Source: Eremomyces bilateralis CBS 781.70 (Eukaryota). Taken from it: a stretch of DNA of 64,000 nucleotides. This document shows, piece after piece, positions 38,303 to 50,833 of this stretch. The DNA lies in NCBI GenBank assembly GCA_010015585.1, contig ML975150.1; one strand, written 5' to 3'. Position numbers and translations under genes: made by a program. Numbering within the stretch: the first letter of the stretch is position 1; every line of letters starts with the position of its first letter. The notes beneath the pieces were generated by a model, which was not told the origin of the DNA, did not search any database, and saw only the letters and a list, made by a program, of their open reading frames with translations.

Positions 38303-41300
38303 TTGATGCTGCTTGGCAGGCTTAAACGTTACAAACTTCTGCAATCAAAATGGATGGTGCGCATTCATTAGCGCCCGGTTGATTTGCACATCGCCTAACT
38401 ATTGTCTCGAACGGTTAGCATTGTACTTTCAAGGAGGGACAAATCCGACTTGAGCCCTTCCCAAGCCCTGATGTGACGATTTCCAACCGCATGCTCCAAA
38501 TGTACGCGAGGGGGTGGTACTGAGGAACCAACTAACATTCGCAATGATGATTTCTCACCAAGCATGCTGCAATATCACTACAACCGGGTAGAGCTTGGAA
38601 TGAGGTCCCTCAACATCCAAAGGTCTCAGTATTAGACACTTGGACGCGTGCCGAAATATCGAAGTATATGGTCGAAAGAAACTTTTTTTAGGGTTCGAGA
38701 GGGAACGATGGAACGATAATAGCTTCCGCTTCCTGTAACAATAGGCACGGCCAAGTCAGCTTCCAGGTACATCTCGTTAATTTTTGGAAAGCGGTGAAGT
38801 AGGTATTCTGAAGCAAATGAAGAGGGCATGCGGTGATAAGCGGAATTCTGATCCGCTTCGCAACATCTAACGCGACAATTCTTCGATTTGGACGAAGTTA
38901 AGGGCATCACATCATAATATGCGAAAAGAAAGCTGCGCACACCTTGGTTGTATCAATAACACGACTCTGGGGTTCTGGATTACTTCGAGAAGCGCTCCAA
39001 AGCTGGCTGGATCAATATGCCGTCTAGGACCCTGGTTTCCACAACGGCTGCTGTCCGACCCCGAAAAGGAAATGGAAAAAGCGTGGGACCGATCGAAAGT
39101 GAACCCGTCGTTGGTAGCCAAACGTGACAGCGCCTTGAAAAACAATGAAAGGATCGCGAAAGTGTCGACCAGCAATTGGACTCTATCGACAAGAAAGACC
39201 ACGGATGAGAAGGAGAAGAGATTCGCGCTCGTTCATGAACGACGTCTTTGGATGATCGATCCTTGACTCGGTCGGTCTAGCGTTATGCACGATCTCCCCA
39301 TAGCTAACATTCTTCCTGGGCGCTGTCCCTCCTCGAAAGTCCTCAAATCCTGAAGTCTAGCACCTAGCAGCTCGCGTCCAGAGTGCTCGTCCTCCCCGGG
39401 ACCCCGATACGTCGAGCAGCGCATCCCGCGTCGGCGCATTTTCCCTCCAATCCAACGAAACAGGGGGGAGGGATACACAGTGGGAACCGGAGGCGCCACA
39501 CCGGCAGGGCATGGGCTCCTGAGTCCTGCACGTTGCCTGGCTCTGGTTGCTGGGATTTGCCCCTGTCTATCTTCGTGGACACTCAAGTACTCGACAGGCT
39601 GCCAGATACGGCAGGCAGCACGCCTGCAGCAAAGTGCCCAGTTGGGTGAGGGGCCGGATAATGACATGGAGCACCAGATCGAAAATTGGCAAATCGGCCG
39701 TCAAGCCGTCAAAAGGAAATGAATGAGTGCCCCGCTGGCTCCATAATACCAATACCGATCCAACGCCTTGGGGCCACTAATCACTTGACACCGTCACGAA
39801 CCACAGCCGCGTTATTGGATCTTTGATGTGTTTCAAGTTTCAACAGCACAAGCCGCTCCAGTCATTGTCTTCGTCCCTTTCAGCCGTCAGACAGTCATGA
39901 AGAGCAGCGTGTTTCACTGTTTCTCATCAGTGTGGTGCGCCGTTCCAACCGTGATTGTCGTTCAACCTCTGACATGTAGTTATATTACCAGATACTGATA
40001 TTCGAAAATAGACGCAATCCAGAATCCGAGGACAAAACCCCCTTGATTTTTTTGAGGTACTGAAGCCTTCCATCCCAGTCAGGGGACCGTTCGTTAAGGG
40101 ATATTGCATGAATATCCTTTCCCGATTGATGATCAATTTCGAGACCGTGCTAAGGCCTAACGACTTTGGTTACTTATGACAAGGGCTGCCTTAGGGGACA
40201 AGGGGAGCAACAGCCCGAGTCGTCCGAGCTCTCCAGTCTAGGCGCCACCAAATTCGTCGCAAGGTTGAAGGGGAATCAGGGTGATCACTCGATCCGGCTC
40301 GAAGTTTCACCAGCTGCCACAAGTCAACGCAGGGGAGCCACTCGTTGCTTTGCAATTTAGAGATATTTCTCTCAACTTATAAGACTCGTTGAGACGAGAA
40401 ATAGTGTGCAAATCGGAGGAAGAATCCCATCCAGTCCCTGGCTTTTCGAAATATTCCGTAGAGGATGAGATTTCGAAGCATTGTTTGCGGGCGGGCCCAA
40501 CTATATGCTCGAGTCAAGAGATATCCAATGGTTACAAACCATCGGTTGGTGGCTGCCATTCTTGGAGAGCGCGGGTAACTCGCCATCTTCCGGCACAAGC
40601 TGCCACTGCGCCGGTGCCAACATGGCGTTGCTTCGCATCCTGGAAGCTGGATACTACATAGTAACGTAGTACTACGTAAGTTGCTAACGGTCGTGTTCGT
40701 TGGAATGGCGCTCGTGGTATCGGGAATGTATAAGGAATGCCGAATGAGGAGTGAGGACCGATGAAGTGAGGAAGTGATGGTGATGGGAGTGGCATCACAT
40801 CGGCCTGCCCACGACCTGCCATTCCCGATATCACCCCCCGGCGCCCACCATAACTGGTCAACGGATCACACGTGAGCCTGTCCGCATGGGATACAGTGAT
40901 CGCACACTCTCAGTGAGAACCATGGCCTAACAGGACTCAATTATAGGAGGGGTTAGTTGAAACCCCATGTAGCGGACACGGCCAAAGGAAATAAGCAAAA
41001 CAGATCGTCACAATGCATATGCAGGTTAGATGTGATCAGAACGTGATTGCCAGGCTTCGTTTTCAAATTCGACCAGGCCAGGGATTTAAACGAAGTCTCA
41101 GAGATCTAAAGACTCTAAACCCGACCCTGGAGAGGCTCAGCGGAGAGCCGTAGAGGACGCGAGCAACAGACTGGACTTCGCGATGGAGAGGCGTGATGAA
41201 CAGAACTTTGTTGAGTTGCTAACATTCCGGTGTCGACACTCGACATCGTCCACCCGCGAATTCAACCTGTTTGACTGCGTTGTTTGCTAACACTGTGACC

Positions 41301-41996
41301 AAGATCCATACATAGTAGTACATTTGGAAATAATGCCATTGTGCAGAAGCTCAAGACCTTGGTCAAGGGGTCGAGTGCATTCGATATATCGGATCGTAGG
41401 CTGGCCTGGGAGCATATGGACGGGAGTCGGGACCGGTCTGATAGAATGATGCACATTGCACAGTGCTCTGCAGGTCCCAACGGATGTCGGATAGGGCAAG
41501 CGAATAGAAGGGAGCATTAGGATATATGACAGTTGATTGAGACTTATATTTGGCTTTCCCATGCAAATAACATGTTCGGCAGTTCAGGCTTGTGCTTGTG
41601 ATCGCCAGCCTCTTCGACTTCATACGGGTAGTTTCACTTATCAGAGTGGCTTTAAGGTGTGGGAGTTCATCATTAGCTGAACAAGTAGAATAATTCCGAA
41701 TAATTCCGTCTCCTTGATTGACTTTTTAACACATCGCATGCCTGATGCCTCCCGTTGGCGGTCGCAGGCCCTGTAGCTGGGGTTTTGGAGATGTTGAAAT
41801 CCCTTATCGATAAGAATTTTTCATCCTCCCCAGTCCCCATCTGATTTCGGCTGGAACACATCAGAGTCTGTGAATACGAACACGCAAGATTGGAATTTGT
41901 TAGCCGCATGATTTTATGCATACGCAGTAGTCCTGGAAGACTTAATTCTCTTCTATTTCGTTTTATCTTCCCGCCTAACCCATACCGACCGGCGCA

Positions 41997-43388
41997 ATGA
42001 CATCATCAGAGGAAACATTGCCTGTTGCTGCGGTATCACTGAGAATCGATGAGGCCGCTGAGCGTGCAGCTCAAGGGGATGTGAAAGCAGAATTATCTTC
42101 TTCCGAAAGTCCTGAGCAATCCTCAAAGAGTCCAAATACCAAGGATGTTGACCGCGATGCCTTCGTTCCCGCCCTTCCACCGCTTCTGGCGGACGCTGGA
42201 GAGAAGTCCATCGACGAGCAGCTCAAAGACCTTCAGTCCCATCCTATGTTCATGAAATCCCTACCCAATGAACCCAATGAATTTGTCGAAGCTCTCCAGG
42301 CTATGGCCTACGAGGGCACTCGTGCCGAAGTCGCGGCCAACTTCCGGGAACAAGGCAATGATTGCTTCAAGACGGGCCACTGGCGGAATGCTGCGGAATT
42401 CTACACCAAGGCCATTGACCACCTGATAAATGGTACGAGTGAAGATGGCCAGAAGAGTGATGAAAAGGGCAATTCCGCACCACAGGAGGAGGAGGTAGAA
42501 GAAGCAGAGATCGAGCTTCCTCGTCTTGAAAACGGGGAGCCGGTACTATCACCTGAAGAGGAGAAGAAGGTCGAACATGCACATTTACTAGCTTGTTTAT
42601 TGAACCGGTCCTTATGCAATCTGAAGTTGCAGAACTTCCGATCGGCCTCATTGGATGCTAGACAAGCCCTTGTACTTGACCCATCCAGTCTCAAAGGCTA
42701 TTATCGGGTTGCATTGGCGCACTACCATCTTTCCGACCCGAACGGTCCTTCGGCTACTCCCCTAGATCATTTAAAGAGCTCCAAGGAGGCGGCGAATAAA
42801 GGGCTGAAGGTACATCCGAGCGACAGAGACCTGGTAGCCCTGTCCGAGAAGCTTCATGCACGCGAGAAACAGATGTATGACAAGGGGCAGAAGAAAATCC
42901 AACAGCAGCAGAAGAAGTTCACCAAAACCGCTATTCTCAAAGCTGCTCTCACTTCAAGAGGCTGGGTCATAGCGGATACGGGGCAAAGACACGGACGACC
43001 GGACCTTGAGGATGCAGAGATCCGTCTAGACGACCCCAACGACCCGAAAAGCGAGCTAAGCCTTCCATTGCTTGTGCTCTACCCATTAGCAGCGCAGTCG
43101 GACTTTTTGAAACAAGTGTCAGAAGCCACCAAGATCGGTGAAGTTATAGGTACTGTGCTTGAAGAGCGGCCGTTCTGGGATACCAACGCAGAGTACGCCC
43201 CCGAAGCCACTGAGTGTTATGCGGAGAGTGCCAAAGGGAGCATGCTGAAGTTGGGGAGGAAAGTGAAGTTGGAATCGGTGCTTGCTGGCGGAAAAGTGGT
43301 GTTGAAGGATGGGATGCTAACTCTTCATGTCGTCCCTAAATCCGGGGTTGACAGCTGGCTTGAAGAGATTAGAAAAAGACGACAATGA
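41997..43388 (+). CDS. CNS1: Hsp70/Hsp90 co-chaperone Cns1/TTC4 (TPR domain)
   Basis: HPMFM..ALQAMAYEGT..EVAANFREQGND, TPR repeats, LYPLAAQSDF C-terminal domain. Confidence 0.93.
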   Translation: MTSSEETLPVAAVSLRIDEAAERAAQGDVKAELSSSESPEQSSKSPNTKDVDRDAFVPALPPLLADAGEKSIDEQLKDLQSHPMFMKSLPNEPNEFVEALQAMAYEGTRAEVAANFREQGNDCFKTGHWRNAAEFYTKAIDHLINGTSEDGQKSDEKGNSAPQEEEVEEAEIELPRLENGEPVLSPEEEKKVEHAHLLACLLNRSLCNLKLQNFRSASLDARQALVLDPSSLKGYYRVALAHYHLSDPNGPSATPLDHLKSSKEAANKGLKVHPSDRDLVALSEKLHAREKQMYDKGQKKIQQQQKKFTKTAILKAALTSRGWVIADTGQRHGRPDLEDAEIRLDDPNDPKSELSLPLLVLYPLAAQSDFLKQVSEATKIGEVIGTVLEERPFWDTNAEYAPEATECYAESAKGSMLKLGRKVKLESVLAGGKVVLKDGMLTLHVVPKSGVDSWLEEIRKRRQ

Positions 43389-43834
43389 GCGTCTGCCTGA
43401 ATGTCTCTCAAGTGAGTCCGGGATGGGATTATCCTATATCCTCGCCGGGGATGATGAGAACATCTTCGCTGGCGCATACGTCCACCCTCATCTACCTTAC
43501 TCCACATCGATCTCGTACGTGTTGGGTTGACCTTCTGGTACAACATCCAACACTTATCAAAGACTAATTGTTGAGCATAAATGCTGCTTATCCCATTGCT
43601 GTATGGGTCAGCACAAAGCAATCTCAAGTATAAGGGCGGCTCTACGCTCTCTACGGACACGTTTGCCTTGATTCTCATTACACCATCATTCAGATCACTT
43701 TTGATAATTCCCCACGCCCGTCGCTCGACAGATCATTTCGCTACGCCCCGTCGCTATGCTCCTCTCCCTTGTCTATACCCGACTGCCTTAGTTGGATCTC
43801 CCTCCGCTCTACATCAATCCTCGAGACCCTCATA

Positions 43835-44090
43835 ATGGTGACGGGAAACAGGACACGCTCTCGCCCCAAAAAGCATACTTCGCGAGATTCCGCGTACTAC
43901 GAATCGCTCTATGCCGACGACCTGACCCTAGCGTTGCGCCCCATCACAGACGCGACCGAACAAGGAGTTCGCAAGGCGTGGAGGAAGTGGACAGAGTATG
44001 TGCTCTACGACAGGAATTCTCATGGTTCAACTACTTATCGCTCTGATCAGATATTGTTCACTCCGAGTCCTTGACCCGATCCTTATATGC
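43835..44090 (+). pseudogene. Truncated N-terminus of a possible DUF3435 captain recombinase
   Basis: MVTGNRTRSRPKK...ITDATEQGVRKAWRKWTE|YCSLRVLDP, intron 43996-44050 in the same E|Y position and phase as the 3137 relic; followed directly by LINE sequence. Confidence 0.4.
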
Positions 44091-45290
44091 AAGCAGAGAA
44101 CAAATCCCTCCAGAATGAAATACGCAAGCTTCAGGAAACCATCATCGACCTTTCTGAGCAGAGAGGCCAGAAATCGAGCCTAACATCATCGTCACCGCCT
44201 TCGACTGGTGCTCGGTCATAGTCCTCGTTATTCACGGGACGATCATCTATATCGCCGAACAGCTCAGCGTCGTAGCAGAGAATCGCAAATCCAAGTTAGC
44301 TACCCGGAGTGAAATCGATCTATCTCATTGCTATGGCCCGGTCCCCACGGAGGCATCGAAGATCAAGGAGCGGATGACAACAGCCTTGCATGCATACCAG
44401 GTGACCAAGGATGTACAGCCCGTAGCGATTATCAAAACCAATAGGGACCTTCACCGCGTCCGTGTGGTAGCACGGAATGAGCAAGACGGAGAACCCATCC
44501 GTGGAAACCCCCAATGGCTCGATAGTCATTTCGAAGGCGGGCGATTACGAGGAGAGCAATAGTACCCGGTAAAGGCGGACAGGGTGGACAAGCTCAAAAT
44601 CATGAATAAAATGCGAACGGCCCTCAAGGACGGCTTGGAACAAGAACTCAGTAAAGAAAACCAAGTGACGATCATGAGAATCGCTACACTCGGGAAACCA
44701 GCAGCACATAAGCTTTACTGCTCCATCGTGGTGTATGTCAAATATAAAGAGGAGGCCGAACGGCTCATCAGCGAGAAAATCATGATTATCTTTGCCGAAG
44801 CCGGATTCACGATCCGATACGAATACAGACCGAGGGTTACGCGCTGTTTCAAATGTGTCAGGAGTATGGACACCAAGCATACCGGTGTCAGAAAGCTCAA
44901 TGATGCCTAAACTGCTCGCAGGAAGGCCACCCGATGTGTATTGCGGACAGCCCACGATGCGTCTCATGCCGGGGCCCCCACAGGGCAGACGACAGAGGAT
45001 GCCCGGTATACCGTGAACAGCTAAGACGGTTATACCCAACCCATAAGTAGGCAGTTCGCCGTGCTGCAGCTCAATATCCAAAGGAGAAAGGAAACATTCT
45101 GGAGCGTTCTTAATGACGGAAAACTGAAGGAGTTCAGCGCGATTATTATATCAGAACCAAGCGTCTTTCTAGACAGCTCGGGTCGAATCGGCTCATCTCC
45201 GATATAGCACCCGGAATGGTTTCCGATTCTTCCAACGAACCCTTTGCAGGAGTGGCCTTATATCAGGAGCATGATCTTGGTTGATCGAAG
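44090..45290 (+). mobile_element. Degenerate Tad1-like LINE fragment: ORF1 (gag) plus start of ORF2 APE endonuclease
   Basis: Coiled coil, GEQ*YPVKADRV, three CCHC knuckles (CFKCQEYGHQAYRC, CLNCSQEGHPMC, CVSCRGPHRADDRGC), then VLQLNIQR..ND..IISEP; stops and frameshifts; no RT domain seen. Confidence 0.9.
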
Positions 45291-46016
45291 CAAGCCCTTC
45301 TGGACGGGTGGGACGACTACAAAGACAGGACAGGCAGACTGGTATATGGACCCAAAGAAAAGTGGAAGCCAGACACGGGCTCGTGGCACCAACCATTGCG
45401 TATGCCAAGGCCACCAAGAGACTGGATTATGAAAAGGATGTAGCATGACCTCAACGACGTGAGCCTCTATGTCTTTGGCGGTTATTTTCACGGCTTAGTG
45501 GTCGACTGCTGGAGAACTCTGCAAAGATCTACTCTTAGCAAGCCATTGTTGGCATACCAATAGGCTCGTGTGGTTCTCAGGACATCCGCGTTCCTAGTGC
45601 GAGATCCCTTAGACGTCAGGGTGTCATGGGAGATGTGCCCTAGGGATATCTTTGTTCAGCAGGTGTCCTTGAACAGCAAGTGTCATACTGCCGCAGGTGT
45701 CCTAGTACATCAGTCAGCCACTTTAGCACCAGGACCCATTTCTGGTGCCGTTCTCGTATCTTTAGAAATGACGTCGACGATGTATCTTTTGCATCCTGTT
45801 TCCCGGTGAACCCGTCCCAAAGGGTCCCAAAATTGGGTTCCCAGATTTCGGGAACCCAAAGCAGGCGCCGACCACTTCCTAAAATTAGCACCTTTCCCAT
45901 CCCCCCTCAAATCAGTCCCTCTTCACCTTGGGGACAGATATACTTACGAATCGTCCTGATCACACCCCCTTTTTGTGAGTTCTGCAAGAATTACGGAGTC
46001 AAATTGATGGTCGGTA

Positions 46017-46225
46017 TGGCCCGATCCATTGAGAAAGCGGCAAAACCAAAGCGCGATAGGACAAACGACAACTTTAAAAAAAGTGTAAATGGATTCCTTC
46101 TGCGAGGTGAAAAACTCCGAGAGAAGTATCATGCCGACGTCTATATTCTTATCCGTCGTGAGCGGGAGCTCTACACCTATAACTCCGGCAGCAGATGATG
46201 GGTTCTAACCAAATATGAAATGGTA
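46017..46225 (+). pseudogene. Small MADS-box (SRF-like) domain gene relic
   Basis: NFKKSVNGFLLRGEKLREKYHADVYILIRRERELYTYNS resembles the MADS core; TGA at 46196 before a GTAAGT donor. Confidence 0.55.
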
Positions 46226-46411
46226 AGTAATATCCCGACGGAACTAGTGACGATTGGACTTGATAACTGGGAATGGTTTTCTGTCAGGATTGCAGTTTGG
46301 GACATCTGCTGCTCGGCCATCAGACGCATCTGAAATGATGGCACACTTTCCTGGATCTACTCAACTTCCTGCGAAACCCCCGCGTCCATTCGATTCAATC
46401 AATCGAAGAGC

Positions 46412-47000
46412 ATGGAGAAAGTCAAGAAAGACGCGTCAAAATTCAGGCCAATCTTACAGGACCTGGACGCCAATCAGGTCTACCTCCTCCACGTTGACCG
46501 CCATCCGGTGCCACACAAAAAGATCATCTTCTTCACAGCGGTGCTCATCAATCTGACCGTCCTCGCACTGCTCATCGGACGTGTCGTCTACGTCTTCCCT
46601 CTGTACCGGGCCATTTTGCTTGGACGAGAGTGGGTACCGGACGCGCAATCGTCAACCACCTCCATCATCATTCGGCGGACCTTCTCCCTTCTCATCGACT
46701 CGCCGTTGATTCAATACGCCTGGCGATGGCCATACACCTTCTTCCTCGAACGATTGCATGGGCAATGGACCAACCCTGCAGCATGGCGCCTGGTTTCTGA
46801 CTTCCGCCTGTCGGAACTGGTTGTGCGCAAATCTCGAAACTGGGGTGCCAAAGACGTCAGAGCTTCTATTGATGAGAGCCCATTGTTCAAATCGCGGGTG
46901 TTCCCGTTTGCTTCGGATCGCTATTTGCGAGAGAAGACTGGATACTTGATGCAAGGGAAGGGTTAGGATCTGGATTACGCCACGATGATTTGGTCGACGC
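46412..47000 (+). pseudogene. Fungal membrane hypothetical protein, truncated
   Basis: YLLHVDRHP..KK.IF plus TM helix...KTGYLMQGKG*DLDY; TAG at 46964 where TGG (W) would fit; sequence diverges afterwards. Confidence 0.6.
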
Positions 47001-47706
47001 GGGCCAAGTTGGAGATGGATTCAGATCGGCCCGTCCTGCTGGTGCCTGACAGGAAGGGTGCATGGGCGGCGCATTCATTGGAGTAGCGCTGGCGGTTCCG
47101 ACACCTCAATTCCTTGTCCATTCACGCGTCAGCATCGTGGGCCGCGCAGATCAACTGGCCAGGCCTCCTTCGGTGCGTGTCCGCCGCATGATGAGATGGC
47201 CTTGATCTGGACGGCGCCGGCATCTTATGCATTCATGGTTAACCACGGCCCCTCGTTGGCCATGTCCGGTAGCCGAGGACCTTAAGGCAAGGAACGTGGT
47301 GCATGACATCAGGGGATAGCACTTCCAAGGTCGTCATGGGTGTTGGTCGGCGAGGTCTCGCCATGATCGCGCACAGGATGGGTGAGAGAGTCGACGCCGG
47401 ATACGAAGTTCACGATTGCAGTCATCAGCGGGAAACAACTCTAGTTTAAGAGGGTTTGTTCTCATGATTCTAATCGTAGCATTGGTATAATCGTAATGAA
47501 CCCCGTTGCTGAACCCCGACTACTCGTACATAGACACACCAGCCTGGAGTGATACAGCCGCGGCTCGTCCATCACTTTGGACAACATTTTGGCCTCCACG
47601 CCAGCTTCTGCATGGTTTGGCAAGAGCGACACACCAGCAGTGGAAGCCGCAATGTGCTGATCGGCCTTGCCGCTTCAAGGATACTGCTTGAGACTCTTCA
47701 CGAGTA

Positions 47707-50309
47707 TCACTCCAGCCGTTTCCAGAGCAGACTGCCCATGGCCAGGACCGAAACGCTCGAAAACGACATCAACGTGCCCGCCGTTGAGCTGTCCATGGTC
47801 AGCGATTGGAACTGGCTGCATGGTTGCGAGAACTTACGGCGTAATGACAATGTCAAATGGATGTAGAAGCCCCGATGCCAGTGCGAGGGCCACCACGTTG
47901 TACGCCATGGAATACCACACGTTGAACTTCGCTTGGGCGGTGACCTTCTTCGAAATTGAAAGCAGCTTGGGCAGCGCGTTGAGATCCGGCGACACGATCA
48001 TGGCGTCCGCAGCACCGGCGTTACTCGCCCAGCTGGACGCCAACAACACCCCCGCATCGGCGGCGGCCTGTGCCAGCGTATCGTTGATGCCGTCGCCGAC
48101 CATGACCACTTTGTGCCCTTTGGATTGCAGGTCGCGGACGCTAGCTTCTTTTTGGTGGGGAGCGGATCGGGCACCGAGGATGGGAATGTCGAGTTCCTTG
48201 GACACCCGTTGGGCTTCCTCGTCGACGTCGCCGGTGAGCTGTAGTCAAGTCAGGGGTGATAATGCTGCGAGATGGAGAACATACAATCAACACATGATAT
48301 CCACGGTTCTTCATCTCGGCAATCACACTCAATGCTTCGTCGCGAACAGTGTCCTGCTTGGTCAGCTCAGCCATCCAAAGCTCGTCAACGACATACCTGC
48401 AGCGCCATGAATCCACCAAACTCCGAGTTGATGGCAAAGTAGACCGCCGTTGTCCGTTCCGATGATGGAATGTCCGCGTCCATCGCGATGCCATGCTCCT
48501 GCAAGAACGCCTCACTCCCAACATGCACATTAACCTCCTCCCCGTCGACCTCCATCCGACACTGAATCCCCGAACTCACGACGGACCCGTTGGCGGCCCT
48601 CCCGCTAAAAGTTCGCTCTTCCATGTTCAGCTGCAGCAGGGAATATTGGAAGACGGCCTTCGCGATGGGATGTCGCTGAGCATGAGGAGCCTCGGCCGCG
48701 GCGAGCATTCGATACACTTGGTGGTTGGTCCATCGACGGTTCGGTTGGAAGTAGACGGAGGAGACCCGCACTTCACCGGTTGTCAGGGTCCCGGTCTTGT
48801 CGAGGACCACATGGGTGATGCCCGCCAATGCCGCCATGGTTCGTGCGCCACGAGAGATGATGACGCCGTTTCGCCAGCCGGCGTCTAGGAGCGTTAGCGA
48901 CGAAATGGCTGTGAGGAAGTGCTTACCGATTCCGATCATGACGGCCGAGGGAACCGCCAAACCCAAACCACACGGGCATGCCGACGCAAGAATGGCCGCC
49001 GACCGCTCCATGGCGTAGACAATCTGGTCCATGGAGAGATCTAAGGGGTGGAGGAGGAGGGACGCCATCGGAAGGGCCGCGATGAAGAGGACCGTCTTGA
49101 CGAAGACGGACAAAAACCATCCGATCCCATCCTCGCTTTCAGTCTTGTAGTCGATAGCCGTGGTGATGCCATTCACCAGCGACATCAGGAATGAATCCGT
49201 CTGTTTCTTGTAGACGATGGCGGTCAGCGGGCTCGACAGGTTCCTGGTACCTGACAGCAAGAAATCGCCCGGCTTCTTCACGATCCGGGCGGACTCCCCG
49301 GTGACCGATGACTCGTCCAGCAGCGATTCTCCATCGATGATGTAACAGTCACACGCAACCAGCGACCCCGGGCGAATCCGAACTCGATCACCCTGTTGCA
49401 AAAGGACCGCCGGCACATATTCCTAGTCGATGTCAGCCAAGCCCTTACAAACACGAGACGACGAACCCGAGATTCTTCCAACCACACCAACGAATCCTCC
49501 GCCTGCAGTCGGAAGAGCGACGTCAACGACGACTGACTCCGTCGGCGAAGAATGACGTGCACCAGACGCCCACCAGTCACGACGACAGCCAGGAAACAGG
49601 TCGACGTGAACCGGGAGCTTCCACCCAGACCGAACAACTTCAAGATCAACAGGGCGAATCCTAACAGGAGCGAAAGACTGATCAAGGCGTCCATGCTCCC
49701 CAGACGCAGCCGACCACGAGGCCACGCGCTCTTATGAATCCAAGCGGCGTCCTTGAACAGCACCCATGCCGTCAACCCCAAGAGGAGGAGCGTGGCGAAC
49801 GACTGGACGCCGTCGTACTGTCGCGCCGACCATGCCATGGCTTCGACGGTCGCAACGACTGACGACACGAACAGCGACGACATGAACCTCCCGCGCAGCA
49901 TCCGCAGCTCCTCCGTCCGTTCCAGCAGCTGAATATGCTGCTCCGGTGTCCCCTGCCCGTCGAGCGTGTCGTATCCCAGCTCTTCAATCGTCTTGCGAAC
50001 GGCGGGCGCGGTGATTTGTTCCGAATCGCAGAAAATGGACGCGCGGCTCAACGGGTACGACACCGAACATCGCAGAATGCCCGGAGTCTTGTGCAATGAG
50101 CTTTCAATATCTTGCGCACACGACACGCAGGTCATGCCCTGGATGTGCACTTTTATGCTCGACGACGACTCCATCTCCTGGTCCTCCGACCCGTCGAAAT
50201 AACCCCGATCAAAGACATTGTATTTGATATCGAATACCTTGATATCCAGATCATCGCACAATTGAATGAACCGATTCATGGCATACGCCATGAAGACGCA
50301 GCAAGCCAT
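47707..50309 (-). CDS. P1B-1 heavy-metal (Cu+/Ag+) transporting P-type ATPase, single HMA domain
   Basis: GMTCVSC, TGES, ACPC, DKTGT, HP, LTGD, GDGIND, YN and MSFSS; five GT-AG introns join ORFs 49278-50309, 48385-49416 and 47834-48205 to ...WKRLE*. Confidence 0.92.
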
Positions 50310-50833
50310 GACGATGGAAGCGCCTCCGGCTGGTGGTCGGACTTCCTGGAACGATTAAGGCTGGGGCAACCATGTTGAAGGTGACGGCTAAATCACGACA
50401 AAATGTTGATAACCAGCACCATGTCATAAAATCCTACTCGACTGCTGATGAGACGACAAATTCACTGTCACCGGCTATCGGAATAGCGGGGCGCAGGTGC
50501 CCATCCGCACGCGCCCATTGGCATGCGCGCCCTGACGCGTGAGGGAAACCTTTTCCCCGCAGTGGAGCCGTGGTGGAAGTGGACCTGGAACATCGCCTTC
50601 ACGGACGGATGGAGTGAAAATACTCAAGTCCAACGCTGCGCGAGCCATCTTGAGACGGCTATGCAGTGCGGGGATGTCGATGGCGCGAGTCATCATGTTG
50701 AGATGGGTTCGTATTTAGGTGGAGCGGTCCACCGCTGTTGGGGACGTTGTTCCCATCGATCCAGAGAATGAGGTTCGTGCTAGGAACGTCACATCATCGA
50801 GACATCCTTTGATAGGAGCGTGCGAATTTGGAG

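Noticed and set aside
38400..41900. Short ORFs in the 3.5-kb Num1-like/CNS1 spacer
   Set aside because: No domain similarity or codon bias; more likely promoter and 5' UTR introns
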